This document shows, one piece after another, positions 41,285 through 55,252 of a stretch of DNA of 64,000 nt (position 1 is its first letter; each line of letters opens with the position of its first letter). Origin of the DNA: Eledone cirrhosa (taxonomy: Eukaryota); NCBI GenBank assembly GCA_964016885.1, contig OZ024744.1, positions 86,242,001 to 86,306,000 on the forward strand. The letters run 5' to 3'. The notes under the pieces are model-generated. The model worked only from the letters and a program-made list of their open reading frames with translations, was not told where the DNA came from and did no database searches. The position numbers and the translations under genes were made by a program.

Positions 41285-41570
41285 TGAGGGACATCATCAC
41301 GGAATATATGCGCAGCATGTTCAGATGGGCTGGACACGTCGCCCGGTTCACCGATAATCGGAGGACCCGTGCAGTTGCCGAGTGGTACCCGCGCGAGTGG
41401 AAACGACCACCCGGAAGGCCTCCACGAGGGTGGAGTTACGATTTTAAGAATACGATTGGGACTACATGGATGAGGAAAGCACGATCCAGAGAGGAATGGA
41501 CGGCGTGCTGTGACCAGCGGCGCTGAATGGACGCCCGACAGACTGGTCGGTCAAGGTGATCAAGGTGATA
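41285..41570 (+). mobile_element. 3' end of an RTE-1-like LINE
   Basis: RWAGHVARFTDNRRTRAVAEWYPREWKRPPGRPP; tail (TCAAGGTGA)2. Confidence 0.8.
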
Positions 41571-41577
41571 TATATAT

Positions 41578-41654
<77 letters not shown>

Positions 41655-41667
41655 CACCCCCCCCCCC

Positions 41668-41708
<41 letters not shown>

Positions 41709-42360
41709 ACCAATATTCACAACGGATCTTTGACAAATCTTCCCAAACTATCCTTCTTATCTCTTTTTAATGCCATTCCATTCTTATGAAAAGACATGTA
41801 TCTTCCACCTCATCTTTGATATAGAAATTTGTAGAAGATATTCTTTAAGGATTTGGAAGAGTTGATTCAGCTATGCCATTATATACTCATCAAAGGTCAG
41901 CTAATGAAATAAAACCAGCAGGAGATTATGTTTACAACCACCTTCTCAAACACCCTTATCTTGCAACCTCATCATTTTCTGAGTGTATATATATGTGTGT
42001 CTGTATGTGTGTGTAGGTGTGTGTGTGTGTGTATGTGTGTATGCTTTAATTCCTCCGGACCTTCATCATCATCATCAACACTCATTAACACCCCACCTCC
42101 ACACCCCAGACACATCCAAATCTCTCTCATATATAGTCACACATTTCAACACAACCTGATCTCAGTTTGACAATCGCCACAGACGAATGCGAGAAAGTTC
42201 TCCAACCCAAGTTAACCAGGAATCTTTAAAATTCTTCTCACCGAAGTTAACAAAGAACTTACTTGATCTACCAACTCATAATATTATAATATTATATAAT
42301 TAAATCGAAAATTTGTTAACACTACAAATGAAGTCATTCTTTATACATATATATATATTT

Positions 42361-42528
42361 GAAACAAAGCAAAAGAATGCCTTCACTTATAGTTCTAAAC
42401 AATTTGATTTAATTTTATCTTATAATATTGTGAATTGGTAGATCTACCAACTAATAATTTTACACGATTATAAAATTAAATCAAATTGTCTAGAACTACA
42501 AGTGAAGGCATTCTTTTCCTTTTTTTCA
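42361..42528. repeat. Imperfect palindrome centred on TTGGTAGATCTACCAA
   Basis: AAAAGAATGCCTTCACTT.TAGTTCTA.ACAATTTGATTTAATTTTAT and its reverse complement; an older direct copy lies at about 42265-42345. Confidence 0.8.
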
Positions 42529-42569
42529 AATATACCTAACTGTACCAAGGATCTCACCCCCCCCCCCCC

Positions 42570-42625
<56 letters not shown>

Positions 42626-42633
42626 ATATATAT

Positions 42634-42709
42634 TTCCCACTCTACTACACTAAGTATTGAGTACTCTGGTAAGTTATGGTCCATTTGGTTCCTTACCACA
42701 ATTCCTTTG

Positions 42710-42757
<48 letters not shown>

Positions 42758-42938
42758 TCATATACATATATATATATAGGAAAATGTATGACCCCGCCGA
42801 CGGCAGAGTTCAAGCCATCGAAACAGCTTGAGCTCTGCCATCAGGGTCATACATTTTCCTATTATCCACTCTACTACCCTAAGTATTGAATACTCTGGTG
42901 TGTTATGGTCAATCTGGTTCCTTACCACAACTCCTTCG

Positions 42939-42942
<4 letters not shown>
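42634..42942. mobile_element. PLE termini (family of 11525-11640), including a fold-back at 42778-42862
   Basis: GACGGCAGAG.TCAAGC-CATCGAAACA-GCTTGAGCTCTGCC; a second terminus fragment at 42634-42712. Confidence 0.78.
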
Positions 42943-42991
<49 letters not shown>

Positions 42992-43167
42992 CCACCCCAA
43001 ACACTCAAATACCGACACAAAATCTAAACATATAGTATAGCGACACAAATATGTTTTCCTTTCGGATTCTTCTACAACGCTCCATGTTTCTCTAAACTAG
43101 TAAGTCTTTAGAAAATTTAAACATATAAATATTTATTTATTTGTTTAAACATTTATATGTGGTAATT

Positions 43168-43346
43168 AATTGTTTCTACTTTTGGCACAAGGCCAACAAT
43201 TATCTCAGTGCATTACTGGAACTTTATTTTATCGACCCCGTATGAATGAAAGGCAAAGTTAACCTCGACGGGATTTGACCTCAGACCGTAAAGGGACGTA
43301 ACTATGCTAGAGAGCATTGTGTCCGACCTTCTACCGATACTGGCAA
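43168..43346 (-). mobile_element. SINE family 1
   Basis: Family motifs; TSD GGTAATTAAT. Confidence 0.87.
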
Positions 43347-46047
43347 GGTAATTAATGATGGAAAGAAGAGATGAAGACATTAAAAAGCGTTGAGCTTGAC
43401 ATTTTTATTCTAACAATAACATTTTAGGATGTGATCATTGACTTCAAATGTAGTGTGAAAATTCCCTCAAGTGATATGTAAATATCATACATTCAAAGAA
43501 AAAAAAAACAAAAAAAAACAATAACATCAATAAAAAAAATAATAAAAAAATAAAAAGAAAGAAGAGAAAACAAAAAAACAAAGAAAAATGCATAAACAAA
43601 CCAACAAAAAGAACCTGAATAAAAACCTGATTTTATTTTACTTCAATTACTTTTTTTATACGAATCCTATTCAACACGTGGAAGTCTATTTGCCTTTTAT
43701 TTAAAAGAAACATATAAATGAAATATATATTCACACACACACGTAGAAAACTTGTTTTTATATAATACATACAATGTATTTATCCAATGTCATTGGAAGT
43801 TTTTATAACAGAAGCTCTACGTGTATTTTACACATTTCAATTTAATTGCTGCAGAATGTATTATTCAACCATTTCTAAAAGCACACGTGCATTATACATA
43901 ATATTCTCACGTACACATTCACCATCGTATATATTAATAAACACATGCAAATCGTACGCACATATATACCTGATATACGAGACAACGAAGAAATCTTCCC
44001 CGCGTCCCCGGGCACCGCATGTGGTTAATCGACCGATTAGATATAAGAAACACATTTGTCAAATCTTATCCTACAATATTCAAAAAGGAAGTCCACAAAG
44101 CAATGGATGATGTTTCTCTAGATTTAATTGTTGGATTGGGACAGCTGGAACCATTTTTATGACATTGTTAGAGTAGGAAGAGCATAGGAATTTCTTTTTT
44201 TTTTTCCGAAGCCCTAAAAGTCGGGAAAAGGAACTTAAAACGTTCTACAAAGACGAAAGGCCCCGACTTGACAAAAAAATGCTTTCACTAACGGCAGTCA
44301 ATGGAGACATGATAGAGCGACGGCTTTATGTATACCAGTTACAGTTAAGTTCTACCACTCACATTAAGTCTACCATATATAAGAATAATCGATCAACAAC
44401 AACCACAAAAGTTACACAAACAAGATGTCTTAAACACATACACAGACGCTTGCACGTACTTAAAGTGCCTGACCTGGGTAGGATCTTAAATCAGAATGTA
44501 AAGCGCGATAATAAAATAGTGTAAACATTTTGTCTGATACTCCAGCAATTCTGAATGGAAAGACATTTGTTCGCGCCGAAAAATATTCACTTATAATGAT
44601 TAAAAAACAATAAATAAAATGTGAAAATAAAATGTGTGGATTTAAAAAAAAAGCATAAAACAATGTACCTGTGAGAAGACAACAAAATATCTACAGAATT
44701 TGTGAAAAGACAAAAATGTAACGTATACTAAAACGAGAAAATATTATAGAAAAAAAGAACATGAATGTACTCCAAGATAATGTGATAGCAAAAGGAGCTC
44801 CTACATGGACAATAATAAAAAATATATATATCAATAATAATGGGGAAGGTGAAAATAAGCAAGAAAATCGCAAAATTGGCGGGAACGCACCTTTCTTGAA
44901 GTTGAATATTTCTTGAATGCGAGACAATATAAAAATATTTCTGTCAGAATCACTACTACTGATATTCTCAGACATGACATCTTTAATCTAATTTTGGTAA
45001 TATTTACGGCTCCTAAGTCTGTCAGTAGAGTTTTTTATGCTGTTATTTCTAGCTAGCGATAACCCTATTCATGCCACTTGACGGCGGATTGTTTTGTTTT
45101 TAAACCACATGTGCTTTTCGCCATTATTCCCTGATTTGCTTTAAACGTGTAATCATTCATTGTTAAATCTTCTCCTTTGCTGATTATCCCAGATTTGACA
45201 CCTATGATCTACCGATTAATGGTGAAATATATTTCTTTAATGGAATATATACAAAGGAGATTAATCATTATTGCAAGGTATCTATCTATATTTAAGGATC
45301 TTGTTAATATTTAATATGTTACCTGCGTAACTATGTGTGTTTACACTCTTTACAAATTATCCCCTGTAATTGCTTAATATGTTTATTTTATATATATATG
45401 TCATTCGACTTTTAATCTAATGTTAATAAATGCTCGAATTCATTACTTGGAATCTTTGAGCTTATTCCACAGGTGGTATGGCGCATGTTTCTGATATTTC
45501 TCAGACATGACATCTTTAATCTAATTTTGGTAGTACCACTAAAACATGAAGACGTAGATAAGGAAATTAACATTACGATATGTAGAGCTAGAAAAAAAGT
45601 CAAGGAAAATAATGCAAATGTACAAATGGCATGAATTTATTAGCTATGTTAAAGACATAGATTTGTATTTATTGAAATTTACCTCTGAGCTGGAAACATG
45701 GAACAAAATACTAGTAAAAATATATTAGCAACTTTCTCAAATGTTTTACGTACTTAGAGAAAAGACATTCCGATCTGTGATTCAAAGCAGGAAACAGCTA
45801 TCAACGTATTATGCTAGGGTCTCTTTTACATAGTATCCATAATCTGCCCGAGTTTCTAGATCTGCAAATAGTTGTAAACTTATCAATCTTGATATGTCTG
45901 TCCAATACTGTTTTTGTATAACATATATATGTGACATAAGATTTATATCCATATCAATATTTCCTTTGAAGAGGGAACTAGACGTTTCTATTAAGATCGT
46001 CTAGTTTCATGGAACCTTAGGTACAGGAATAATTATATTGTGTTGAT

Positions 46048-46101
<54 letters not shown>

Positions 46102-46208
46102 TTGAAGACTAAAATCCAAAGAGGGCTCGATAAGGATAAATTTATATCAAATATATAAGAACCGTAGAGCAAAAAGCAGAGATTCTTTGCTTAAAATTTG
46201 ATCTGTTA

Positions 46209-46258
<50 letters not shown>

Positions 46259-46657
46259 CCTCAGATATTCAAAACAACGAACATTGAGGACACGTTTCGC
46301 ACGTTTCGCACCTTTCCGACAGATACCCCCCCCCCGGAAAAAAACACACTTGATGGATGTGAATCCGAAATATATAGGCTCAATTAAATCTCTATCTCGT
46401 GTTATTATTTTTTTTATTTTTTACGCTCTTTCCTACGTTCTTCTACACACTATACATCTCATTCTACATTCACTTACATCTCTCTCTTCACCACCGGATC
46501 TTGTTACCCGGAGAATATATATATATATATATATATATATGTTAGAATTCATATGAATCCAGTTCCTCAGAGAAATAACAACCCAACGAGGAGCTGGACA
46601 TATCGGAGTATTGACACTTTAACAACATGTGTACCTGTCTCTACCACACCAATTCGG

Positions 46658-46712
46658 ACTGCCTGAAGAGGTCACAGCCGACGATGGCTGTCACCGAAAT
46701 ATATTTAGCAGT
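46658..46712 (+). ncRNA. Minimal hammerhead ribozyme within repeat 46545-46765 (copy of 9845-10075)
   Basis: ACTGC-CTGAAGA-GGTCACAGCC..GGCTGTCACC-GAAA-TATATTTA-GCAGT. Confidence 0.72.
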
Positions 46713-46770
46713 ACATCTTTAATAAACGAAGTCGAATTTTAAATATTTGACTTAATTACTTTATTATATA

Positions 46771-47715
46771 CTAGCAGTAAAGCCCGGCGTTGATCGGGGT
46801 CGCTCAGTAGCTGTGTTAAAGTTACAATGTTAAGTTTCTTTCTTGGCTTAAAAACTGTAGTGTCTACTGTGCAGACTTGCATGTGGTGTTTTTGATTAAT
46901 ATTCCCTCAACCAACAATATGCCTTATGAAGTTAAGAAAACATAACGATAACCCGAATGTTATAACAAAAGAGGATGCTGGGGATAGAAACTGCACTGGT
47001 TATTTATTAACAAAGATCGAAAATGTAAACACTGCAACGCAGAGAAAAACATTAGCGTAACCAAATTATCAGTTATGTCTGTCTGCACGCCTATATCACC
47101 TCTCTGCACGACTGTCTGTCTGCACGCCTATATCACCTCTCTGCACGACTGTCTGTCTGCACGCCTATATCACCTCTCTGCACGACTATCTGTCTGCACG
47201 CGTATATCACCTCTCTGCACGACTGTCTGTCTGCACGACTGTCTGTCTGCACGCCTAACGACGAAATATTTGCTTGTTTTACGTAGTCTTTAAATAGACT
47301 TGTTTTCAAGTAAAAATATTGTTTTAAAATGCTTTTAAATGGAAATGAAGCAAAACGGAAGCTTAGTGTTCGAACTGATGAATTTTGCAGGTCAATATTT
47401 TGCTGGCTCGACAACTGTTCGTGTATTGTGTTAATGTCATTTTAAACGCTGAGAAAGCCAGCGTAATTTTTTACGTAAGACGCTCAATGTAAACAGAACA
47501 GGGAAATAACTGATAACTTACGCTCAAAAATCGATACATTATATTCGATTTCGTCACATAGGGTGTGTCAATTTGAAATATTTTTTTCCGATGTCTTCGC
47601 TAGGGCTCAATGTACAAGTATAGCAATTTCGGTGCAATTCCGTCAGAGATTCTAAGAGGAGATGTGTGCCAAAAATCGATAGACAGACAGACAACCACAG
47701 TTTTATATATATAGA
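46771..47715 (-). mobile_element. Non-autonomous Helitron with internal 37-bp minisatellite
   Basis: Minus strand starts TCTATATATATAAAA..(GTCT)n and ends with hairpin CCCG..CGGG then CTAG; inserted between A and T; minisatellite at 47076-47256. Confidence 0.8.
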
Positions 47716-47987
47716 TATATATAAAATCAAGATCTAGCAAATAGAGAAAAAGTTTTAAAATAAATTTTAAAAAATTCGCAGTACTTACTATATGTGCCTT
47801 TACCGCGGTTTCTTGATCCAGAATAAACGGAAAATTCAAGCGGATTTCCATTGAGAAGGGAGCAATCCTCAGAAGGTTCTTCTCCCTCTAGAATATAAAA
47901 TTCCTGAGTTCAAATCACAAACTGACGCCATACAAAACCAGTTTGTGATTCGAACTCGGGAATTTTATACTCTCCGAGGGAGAAGAT

Positions 47988-48067
47988 CCTTCTGAAGATT
48001 TCTCCCTTCTCAATGAAAATCCGCTTGGATTTTCCGTTTATTCTGGAGTATGAAACCGCGGTAAAGG
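47988..48067 (+). ncRNA. Type I hammerhead ribozyme
   Basis: CCTT-CTGAAGA-TTTCTCC...GGAGTAT-GAAA-CCGCGGTA^AAGG. Confidence 0.78.
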
Positions 48068-48482
48068 CACATATAGTAAGTACTGTGGATTTTTAAAATT
48101 TATTTTAAAACTTTTTCTCTACTTGCTAGACCTTGATTTTATATGTTCTGGCTTGTTAATTTATTAACCCGCCATAGAACCACATTGGCATACGGTTGGA
48201 TAATACTTGTTCCCTTATATGTATTTTTTTACACGCAAGAATTCATAACTTTATTATTGTTGATCTCCCCCTAAGGTAGAGATAAAATTGTGGCCGTTTG
48301 GCTATTTTGGCTATTTGTAGTGGTAGGACATTGACCTGTCCACCCTGCCTTTTGTCTTTGCACACGGCACAAGACAGAATTATTTCTTTCATTCATCATT
48401 TGCTCTCATTTTGGGAATGGTTTTGTATGGCGTCAGTTTGTGATTTGAACCCGGGAATTTCATATTCTCCGAGTGAGAAGAG

Positions 48483-48562
48483 CCTTCTGAAGATTGCTCC
48501 CTTCTCGTTGGAATTCCGCTTGGATTTTCTGTTTATTCTGGAGCATGAAACCGCTGTAAAGG
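48483..48562 (+). ncRNA. Type I hammerhead ribozyme
   Basis: CCTT-CTGAAGA-TTGCTCC...GGAGCAT-GAAA-CCGCTGTA^AAGG. Confidence 0.75.
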
Positions 48563-48639
48563 CACATATAGTAAGTGCTGCGAATTTTTTAAAATTTATT
48601 TTAAAACTTTTTCTCTATTTTCTAGACCTTGATTTTATA

Positions 48640-48766
48640 GAAACGGCTTGAGCTCAGCCGTCGGGGTCCTACTCGTTCCTATTACCCACCCTACTACCCA
48701 CCTAGTATTGGGTACTTTGGTGCGTTATGGTCCATCTGGTTCCTTACCACATTTACTTCGTTATTT
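48640..48766 (+). mobile_element. Short PLE 3' terminus beginning at the HHR GAAAC
   Basis: GAAACGGCTTGAGCTCAGCCGTCGGGGTC... same family as 11525-11640. Confidence 0.78.
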
Positions 48767-48780
48767 ATATATATATATAT

Positions 48781-49487
48781 ATATCACGATACATTAACGG
48801 AGCTATGGACTCTCGCCGTTCCCTGTAAATAATGTGCCCAAAGGAGAGGAAATCCTGGGCACTTTAAAATACAATATGTTGAAAAGGTAACACACTAGAG
48901 AGAGATACAGTGCGCCATCCATAAAACAGGGAAACACCACCAGTGTATGGAATCTATAACCTATGCAAGGCAGAATATAGACACGATAATTAAAAACATA
49001 AATTAAAGCGTAAATAAATACCTCTATAACTATATAACACACGTACAAATCCAAAGTGATCTGTTTCGCAAGTGAGTTGTTGACGGAAATGAAATAACCC
49101 AGGTTCATCAGCGCGTGTTAGGCTATACATTTCAGACAACACTAAGAGAATTTTTAAAGCGGCCGTCCAACTACACGTGGGAGAGAGAAGTCACAGCGTG
49201 TTTAAGGGCAGTGAACCAGTGGCCTCTGAGCGACGAGGTGCTAGAAAGGGCAGTCCCAAACCACCCAGAGAAGTGTGCTGAACCAAACAAAGAGAGAGAG
49301 GAGAAAGACTGTTATAAGGGGCGAAATATCACGATATATTAACGGAGCCATAGACTCTCGCCGTTCCCTGTAAATAATGTGCTCAAAGGAGGGGAAATCC
49401 TGGGCACTTTAAAATACAATATGTTGAAAAGGTAACACACTAGAGAGAGATAAAGTGCGCCATCAATAAAACAGGGAGAAACCACCA
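48781..49487 (-). mobile_element. Non-coding element with about 160-bp direct repeats (545-bp period)
   Basis: 48781-48942 matches 49326-49487; TA flanks; degenerate CTGATGA..GAAAC on the minus strand at about 49060-49112. Confidence 0.65.
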
Positions 49488-49939
49488 TATATATATATAT
49501 AAGTAGAAGGGATATTAAATTTGTTGGAAATTCGATAAATATAAATGTTTATGACTAATTCAGAGCACTCGACAGTGTTTTGGAGTAAATATTCAATAAA
49601 TGGAAACTATATTTATAAAACCATTCTTTCTTTTTATAAATATAGTTTCCATTTATTTAATATCATTGTATACATATATACATATGAAAAGATTCAGGAC
49701 CCTGACGGCTGGGCTCCAGCGTTTCGAGTACTCTGGTGGGTTTGGTCCACCTGGTTTTTTTTACCACACCCTTTTATTCCTGGGAGGGTCGTGTGGTGAG
49801 AGTCCTCAAACACTCATTCCAGCCGGTCCTGTCAGAAGCAATCATCTCTAACTGATCCAGCTGAGTGGATCCCCAAGCGAGACCAGCCAAGCCCATGGAT
49901 GTTATCCACCCATCCTGTTCGGTGTCTGCTGCCACTTGC

Positions 49940-50011
49940 TTTTACCCGTAAAACCTGTCCAGTGATTCTCTCTCTCTCTCTCTCTCTCTCTTTGTATATA
50001 TATATATACAA

Positions 50012-50102
<91 letters not shown>

Positions 50103-50129
50103 ATCACTGGACAGATTTTACAGGTAAAA
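49940..50129. repeat. Inverted repeat with (CT)n-(TA)n-(GA)n centre
   Basis: TTTTACCCGTAAAACCTGTCCAGTGATTCTCTC / GAGAGAATCACTGGACAGATTTTACAGGTAAAA. Confidence 0.85.
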
Positions 50130-50749
50130 ACCAACCTGCAGCAGACTACGACCAACAAGAAAAAAAAATGTATGCCGTTGTGCTGCCAAATGATGCCGCA
50201 AGCCACTGACCCGCATCTCCGGTCAAGAAGTCGACAGCAACAGGATAATAACATCGACCCCGCATCTTCGGTAAAAGAAGGCACTCGAACCTCAGCATAC
50301 TGCCTGGCAGTCCGACCTGGTAGCAGTTTCATCTCCACCACCATTAACAAGAGGAAGGCAACGACAACAACTGTGACATTAACATCAATAACACAAATGT
50401 GTATATATCAACATCTCACCAGCAATCTTCACCATTAACAAGAGGCAGGCAACGACGACAACAGTGACATTAACAACAACAACTCTACCATTAACAAGAG
50501 GAAGCCAACCCCAGCATCAGTGACTCAACTCCAGCCACAAGGTCCTATAACAAACTGCTAAGTTGCTCGCATGTGTGCGTGCTGAACTCTGGGTCTTTGC
50601 GCTAGGAACAATCCCCTGTTCCCGCCCCTTTTTTTTGTATATTCATCCATTCACTCATTCCTTTACTAACATTCTACCTTCCTGTGTGTGTCCCTCCATG
50701 CAGCTCCTACTTTTCTCTCTTGTTTTCTGACACCTCTAGATATATAGGT

Positions 50750-53660
50750 GAGCTATGAGGCCCTCTTACCAGCACTTTCCCTTCCACACACACACGCCAG
50801 CCACCCACCCACCACTGATGCCTCTCGGTGCCCCAGTCCCCGGCCCCACGCCCCATCCGCAATCCCTCCAAGCCGACACCTGCAGCACTTGCAGCACCAC
50901 TAACAAACGGATGAAGGGCCGGAACTGTTTGGGGTGCGGCTGCTACCACCACCTCATCTGTGTTGGCTTGACTTGTCGAGCTTCCAGCGTGAAGGTGCAG
51001 GAGCTACCTCTTCCCCCCGTCTTCCCAGTCACGGTCGTCTGACACACCACCAGCTGGGACAGCGAGCTTGCCTGGCACCCAAGCCTCGCTGGTCAACATC
51101 GCTCCACTCAGGCGGCTTCGGAAGATCCAACTCAGGATCCCAAGAGCGGCACGGGTGTCGGTAGCCGATGCCCTCGCTTCCTCGATTGAGCGTGACCTGG
51201 ACTCCAATCGAGCCAGTGACTGGGAGCGGCTGTTCTATTTCGCCCCACTCGCCCTCGGCCTCCCCAGCTCTTGCACTAACCAGGGCGGCCGGACAACAGC
51301 AGACTTCGTCAAGGCCAATTTCTCGTCCTTTAGGCGAGCGTTCATTCCAAGCGTGCCCAGGGACGCCACACACCCCAACCTCAGGTACCCCCTATCCTCC
51401 ACCACCGAGGCCAGCGCCAAGCGATTGCATGACCAGGTAAACTCCAGGCTTATCATGGCTGATGTCTCGGCCGCAGTCAGAGTTGTTGCCTCAGAGGACA
51501 CTGTCCTCCAAACTATTGAAGAGGTCCTGGCTGCTCTGCGACTCAAACACCCTGAGTCACCTACTGATCTCAGACCCATAACCCCACCCGACCCCACTTG
51601 CTCCTTGTAGCTTCTGATGCAGACATCATGTTCGCCATCAGGTCCTTCCCAGCTACTAGCTGCGGAGGTGTTGATGGTCTCCGACCAGGCCACCTCATGG
51701 AGATGATATCCACCCTCTCCGCTGAGGCCGGGCGCCGCCTTCTGAATGCAATTGTGGCGCTCACCAATAGGCTCATCCATGGCGCCGTGGACCCTTACGC
51801 CCGAGGCCTCTTTTCTTCGGCCAGCCTCACCGCACTCAGGAAGAAAAGGGGTGGCATACGCCCCATTGCTGTGGTGAGGAGTTTAGTCCGGTGCAACTGG
51901 GTGTCGGCGTGTCCGGTGGCTGTGAGGGGGCCGCTCATGCAACCAGGCAGTTCTTCAAAAGCTACCCATCGGAACCGGCATGAGGGAATCCAGGCAGCTC
52001 ATTGTCAAGCTTGACATGAGGAATGCCTTCAACTCTTTACGCCGGGATCATCTGCTCGAGGCCTGCCTCAGCCGAGCCCCCTCTGCCTACCCGCTGGCCT
52101 ACACGTCTTATGGAGCCCCGAGCTGCTGATACGGTCCCTTTGGGACCCCTCCTGTTCGCCCGTGGTATTGACCACATCGTCCGGAGTATCATAGCACCTC
52201 AACGTTTGCATCTGGATGATGCTACGTTGGACGAGCCCGTACGGACGGTCTGCCATGATCTTCAATCGGTGGTTCCTGCCCTGGCGGCAATCGGCCTCCA
52301 GGTCAACTCGGCCAAGTCGGAGGTGGGGAATGTCAGCCTCGATGCTGCGAGCTTTGCAGCCCCCGTCGTGGACGTCCGGTCCATTCTCCGCCAGGTTCAG
52401 GTAATCCACCATCAGGTCCAGACTTCAACAGCTCCAGACTCCCACGAGCCGACTGGGTGTGATTGACGGCCACCCAGCTCTCTTTCTGTTGAGGAACTGC
52501 TTCGCCAGGCCGAAGCTCCGCTATACACTCCGCAGCGTTCCGTGTTATAACCAGACCTCTCTCCTCGCTGACCTCGAGCAGCAGCCGAGGAAATATGCAA
52601 CGTCAAGTATGACGACATAGGATGGCAACAGGCCACTTTACCTGTCAGGTATGGCGGCCTTGGCCTCTGGTCCCCGATCAAACTAGCTTTGCCGGCGTAT
52701 CTTTCGTCGGTAACCTCGTGCCGCGTCCTCGTCAACAGGGTTCTTCAAAACACAACAGAACCCTCTGTGTTCAGAGAACGTGAGGCCGCCTGTGAGACGT
52801 GGGACCGGCTGGGACTTAGCCCAGTACACGCCCCTCCTCCTCCTCCCCATGTTGACGTCAAGTCCCCACAACGCGCTTGCGATACCATCCAGTGCAGCCT
52901 GGCCTCAGACAGGCTCACGCGCTAGCTCTACCAGCACCGCCTTTCTTGTTTTCGTGCGGCCTCCAAATGCCATAGTGGTGCCTTACTCCATGCCTTTCCC
53001 CCCTTGTCCACTGGCACGCACCTATACAACCATAGCTTCCGCATCGGCGTTTCCCTGAGGCTCGGCCTCCGGATCTGCCAGCCACACCCATGTCGCTGCG
53101 GTTCCACCGTAGACTCTTTCGGCCCCCATCCGCTTTCCTGTCGCCACAGCGCCGGCGGCATTCCCCGCCATGCTGCCCTCAACGAGGTCATTAAGCACAG
53201 CTCGAGCCGGTGGGGCATGATCATCTTCCCGTTCCGAGCTGGCAAACCCCTCGTCTGGGATGCCACTTGCACCGACACTTTCTGCAGCCGTAACCTGGTG
53301 CAGTCTGCGACTGACCCAGGTTGTGCTGCACGTCGGGCTGAGCGGGCCAAACTCCTCAAATACCGGTCGCTCTCCGACAGGTTTGCCGTCGTATCCCTGG
53401 CAGTGGAGACTTCTGGTGTCCTCGCCTACAGGGTTACCTCCTTACTCACCACCATAGGCGCTGAGCTGGCCAGCCGCACGTGTGAGCCCCGCGAGTTTGA
53501 GTGGTTCTTCCAGTGCGTCTCCCTTGCCGTCCTCCGGGGAAACGCCTTCTCGATTCTGTCAGCCGGGGCAGTGAGTGGGCCCCATCGCGTACCGTTGAAG
53601 TTGTAGAAGAAACAGGAAGACAACATCTAAACTAAAACTTTACATAATTAACAAATAAGA
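50750..53660 (+). mobile_element. Decayed CRE-clade non-LTR retrotransposon (PHD-like finger, RT, CCHC, RLE)
   Basis: CSTC..CLGCGCYHHLICVG; GVDGLRPGHL; GGIRPIAV; KLDMRNAFNS; PLGPLLF; LDD; QATLPVRYGGLG; CRCG..HPLSC..RHAALN; WDATC; KLLKY; AVETSG. Confidence 0.88.
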
Positions 53661-53756
53661 CGGTTTCTCTAGAGAATTAATTGGGGAAAGATTCCTGATT
53701 GGGATAGATATATTCAATGATGTCTACCTTTCGTGGTATCTACTATATATATATAT

Positions 53757-54660
<904 letters not shown>

Positions 54661-54912
54661 TATATATATATATATAGCTTATTTGTGCCTGGGCCTATGA
54701 AGATTTATTTGAATATGTGTAGGAGCAGAAAATTTGCGGACCATAAATGTACCAACAAATGTAATACTGTGAAGGAAACCGCGACAACGACCAGTATGTG
54801 GAACACTCCCGACAGGATGTCTACTCACATCACTTATCTAAGACCGTATGTACTAGAGTCATTACCAATTAAATTTTAACATATCATCTACCCACCATGA
54901 TCAGTCTGACTG

Positions 54913-55021
<109 letters not shown>

Positions 55022-55252
55022 TAATCTAGCTGTCGTCTGTGCTACAGTGTGGATGTCATTCACTTCGCACAGAAGTTTTGTTCAAATTTATTGAGGAAAT
55101 TTTGTGAGTTCAAACTTAATTTTGATACAATTGTGTAGCTTGACCCTCCGTCTGAACTGTCAGGCGGTGGGTCAGCTCATCTTTACCCCTCCTAGAGGTG
55201 AAAAACCTGTTTTAAAAAATTTTGTGTAAAACATTTCAATCGTCTAACAGAA

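Larger units (their letters stand above)
47719..48640 (+). mobile_element. Retrozyme-like / non-autonomous PLE: inverted 5' arm plus 495-bp tandem unit, three HHRs
   Basis: 47719-47923 is the reverse complement of 47939-48144; 48435-48639 repeats 47939-48143; HHRs at 47797-47876 (-), 47988-48067 and 48483-48562 (+). Confidence 0.85.
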
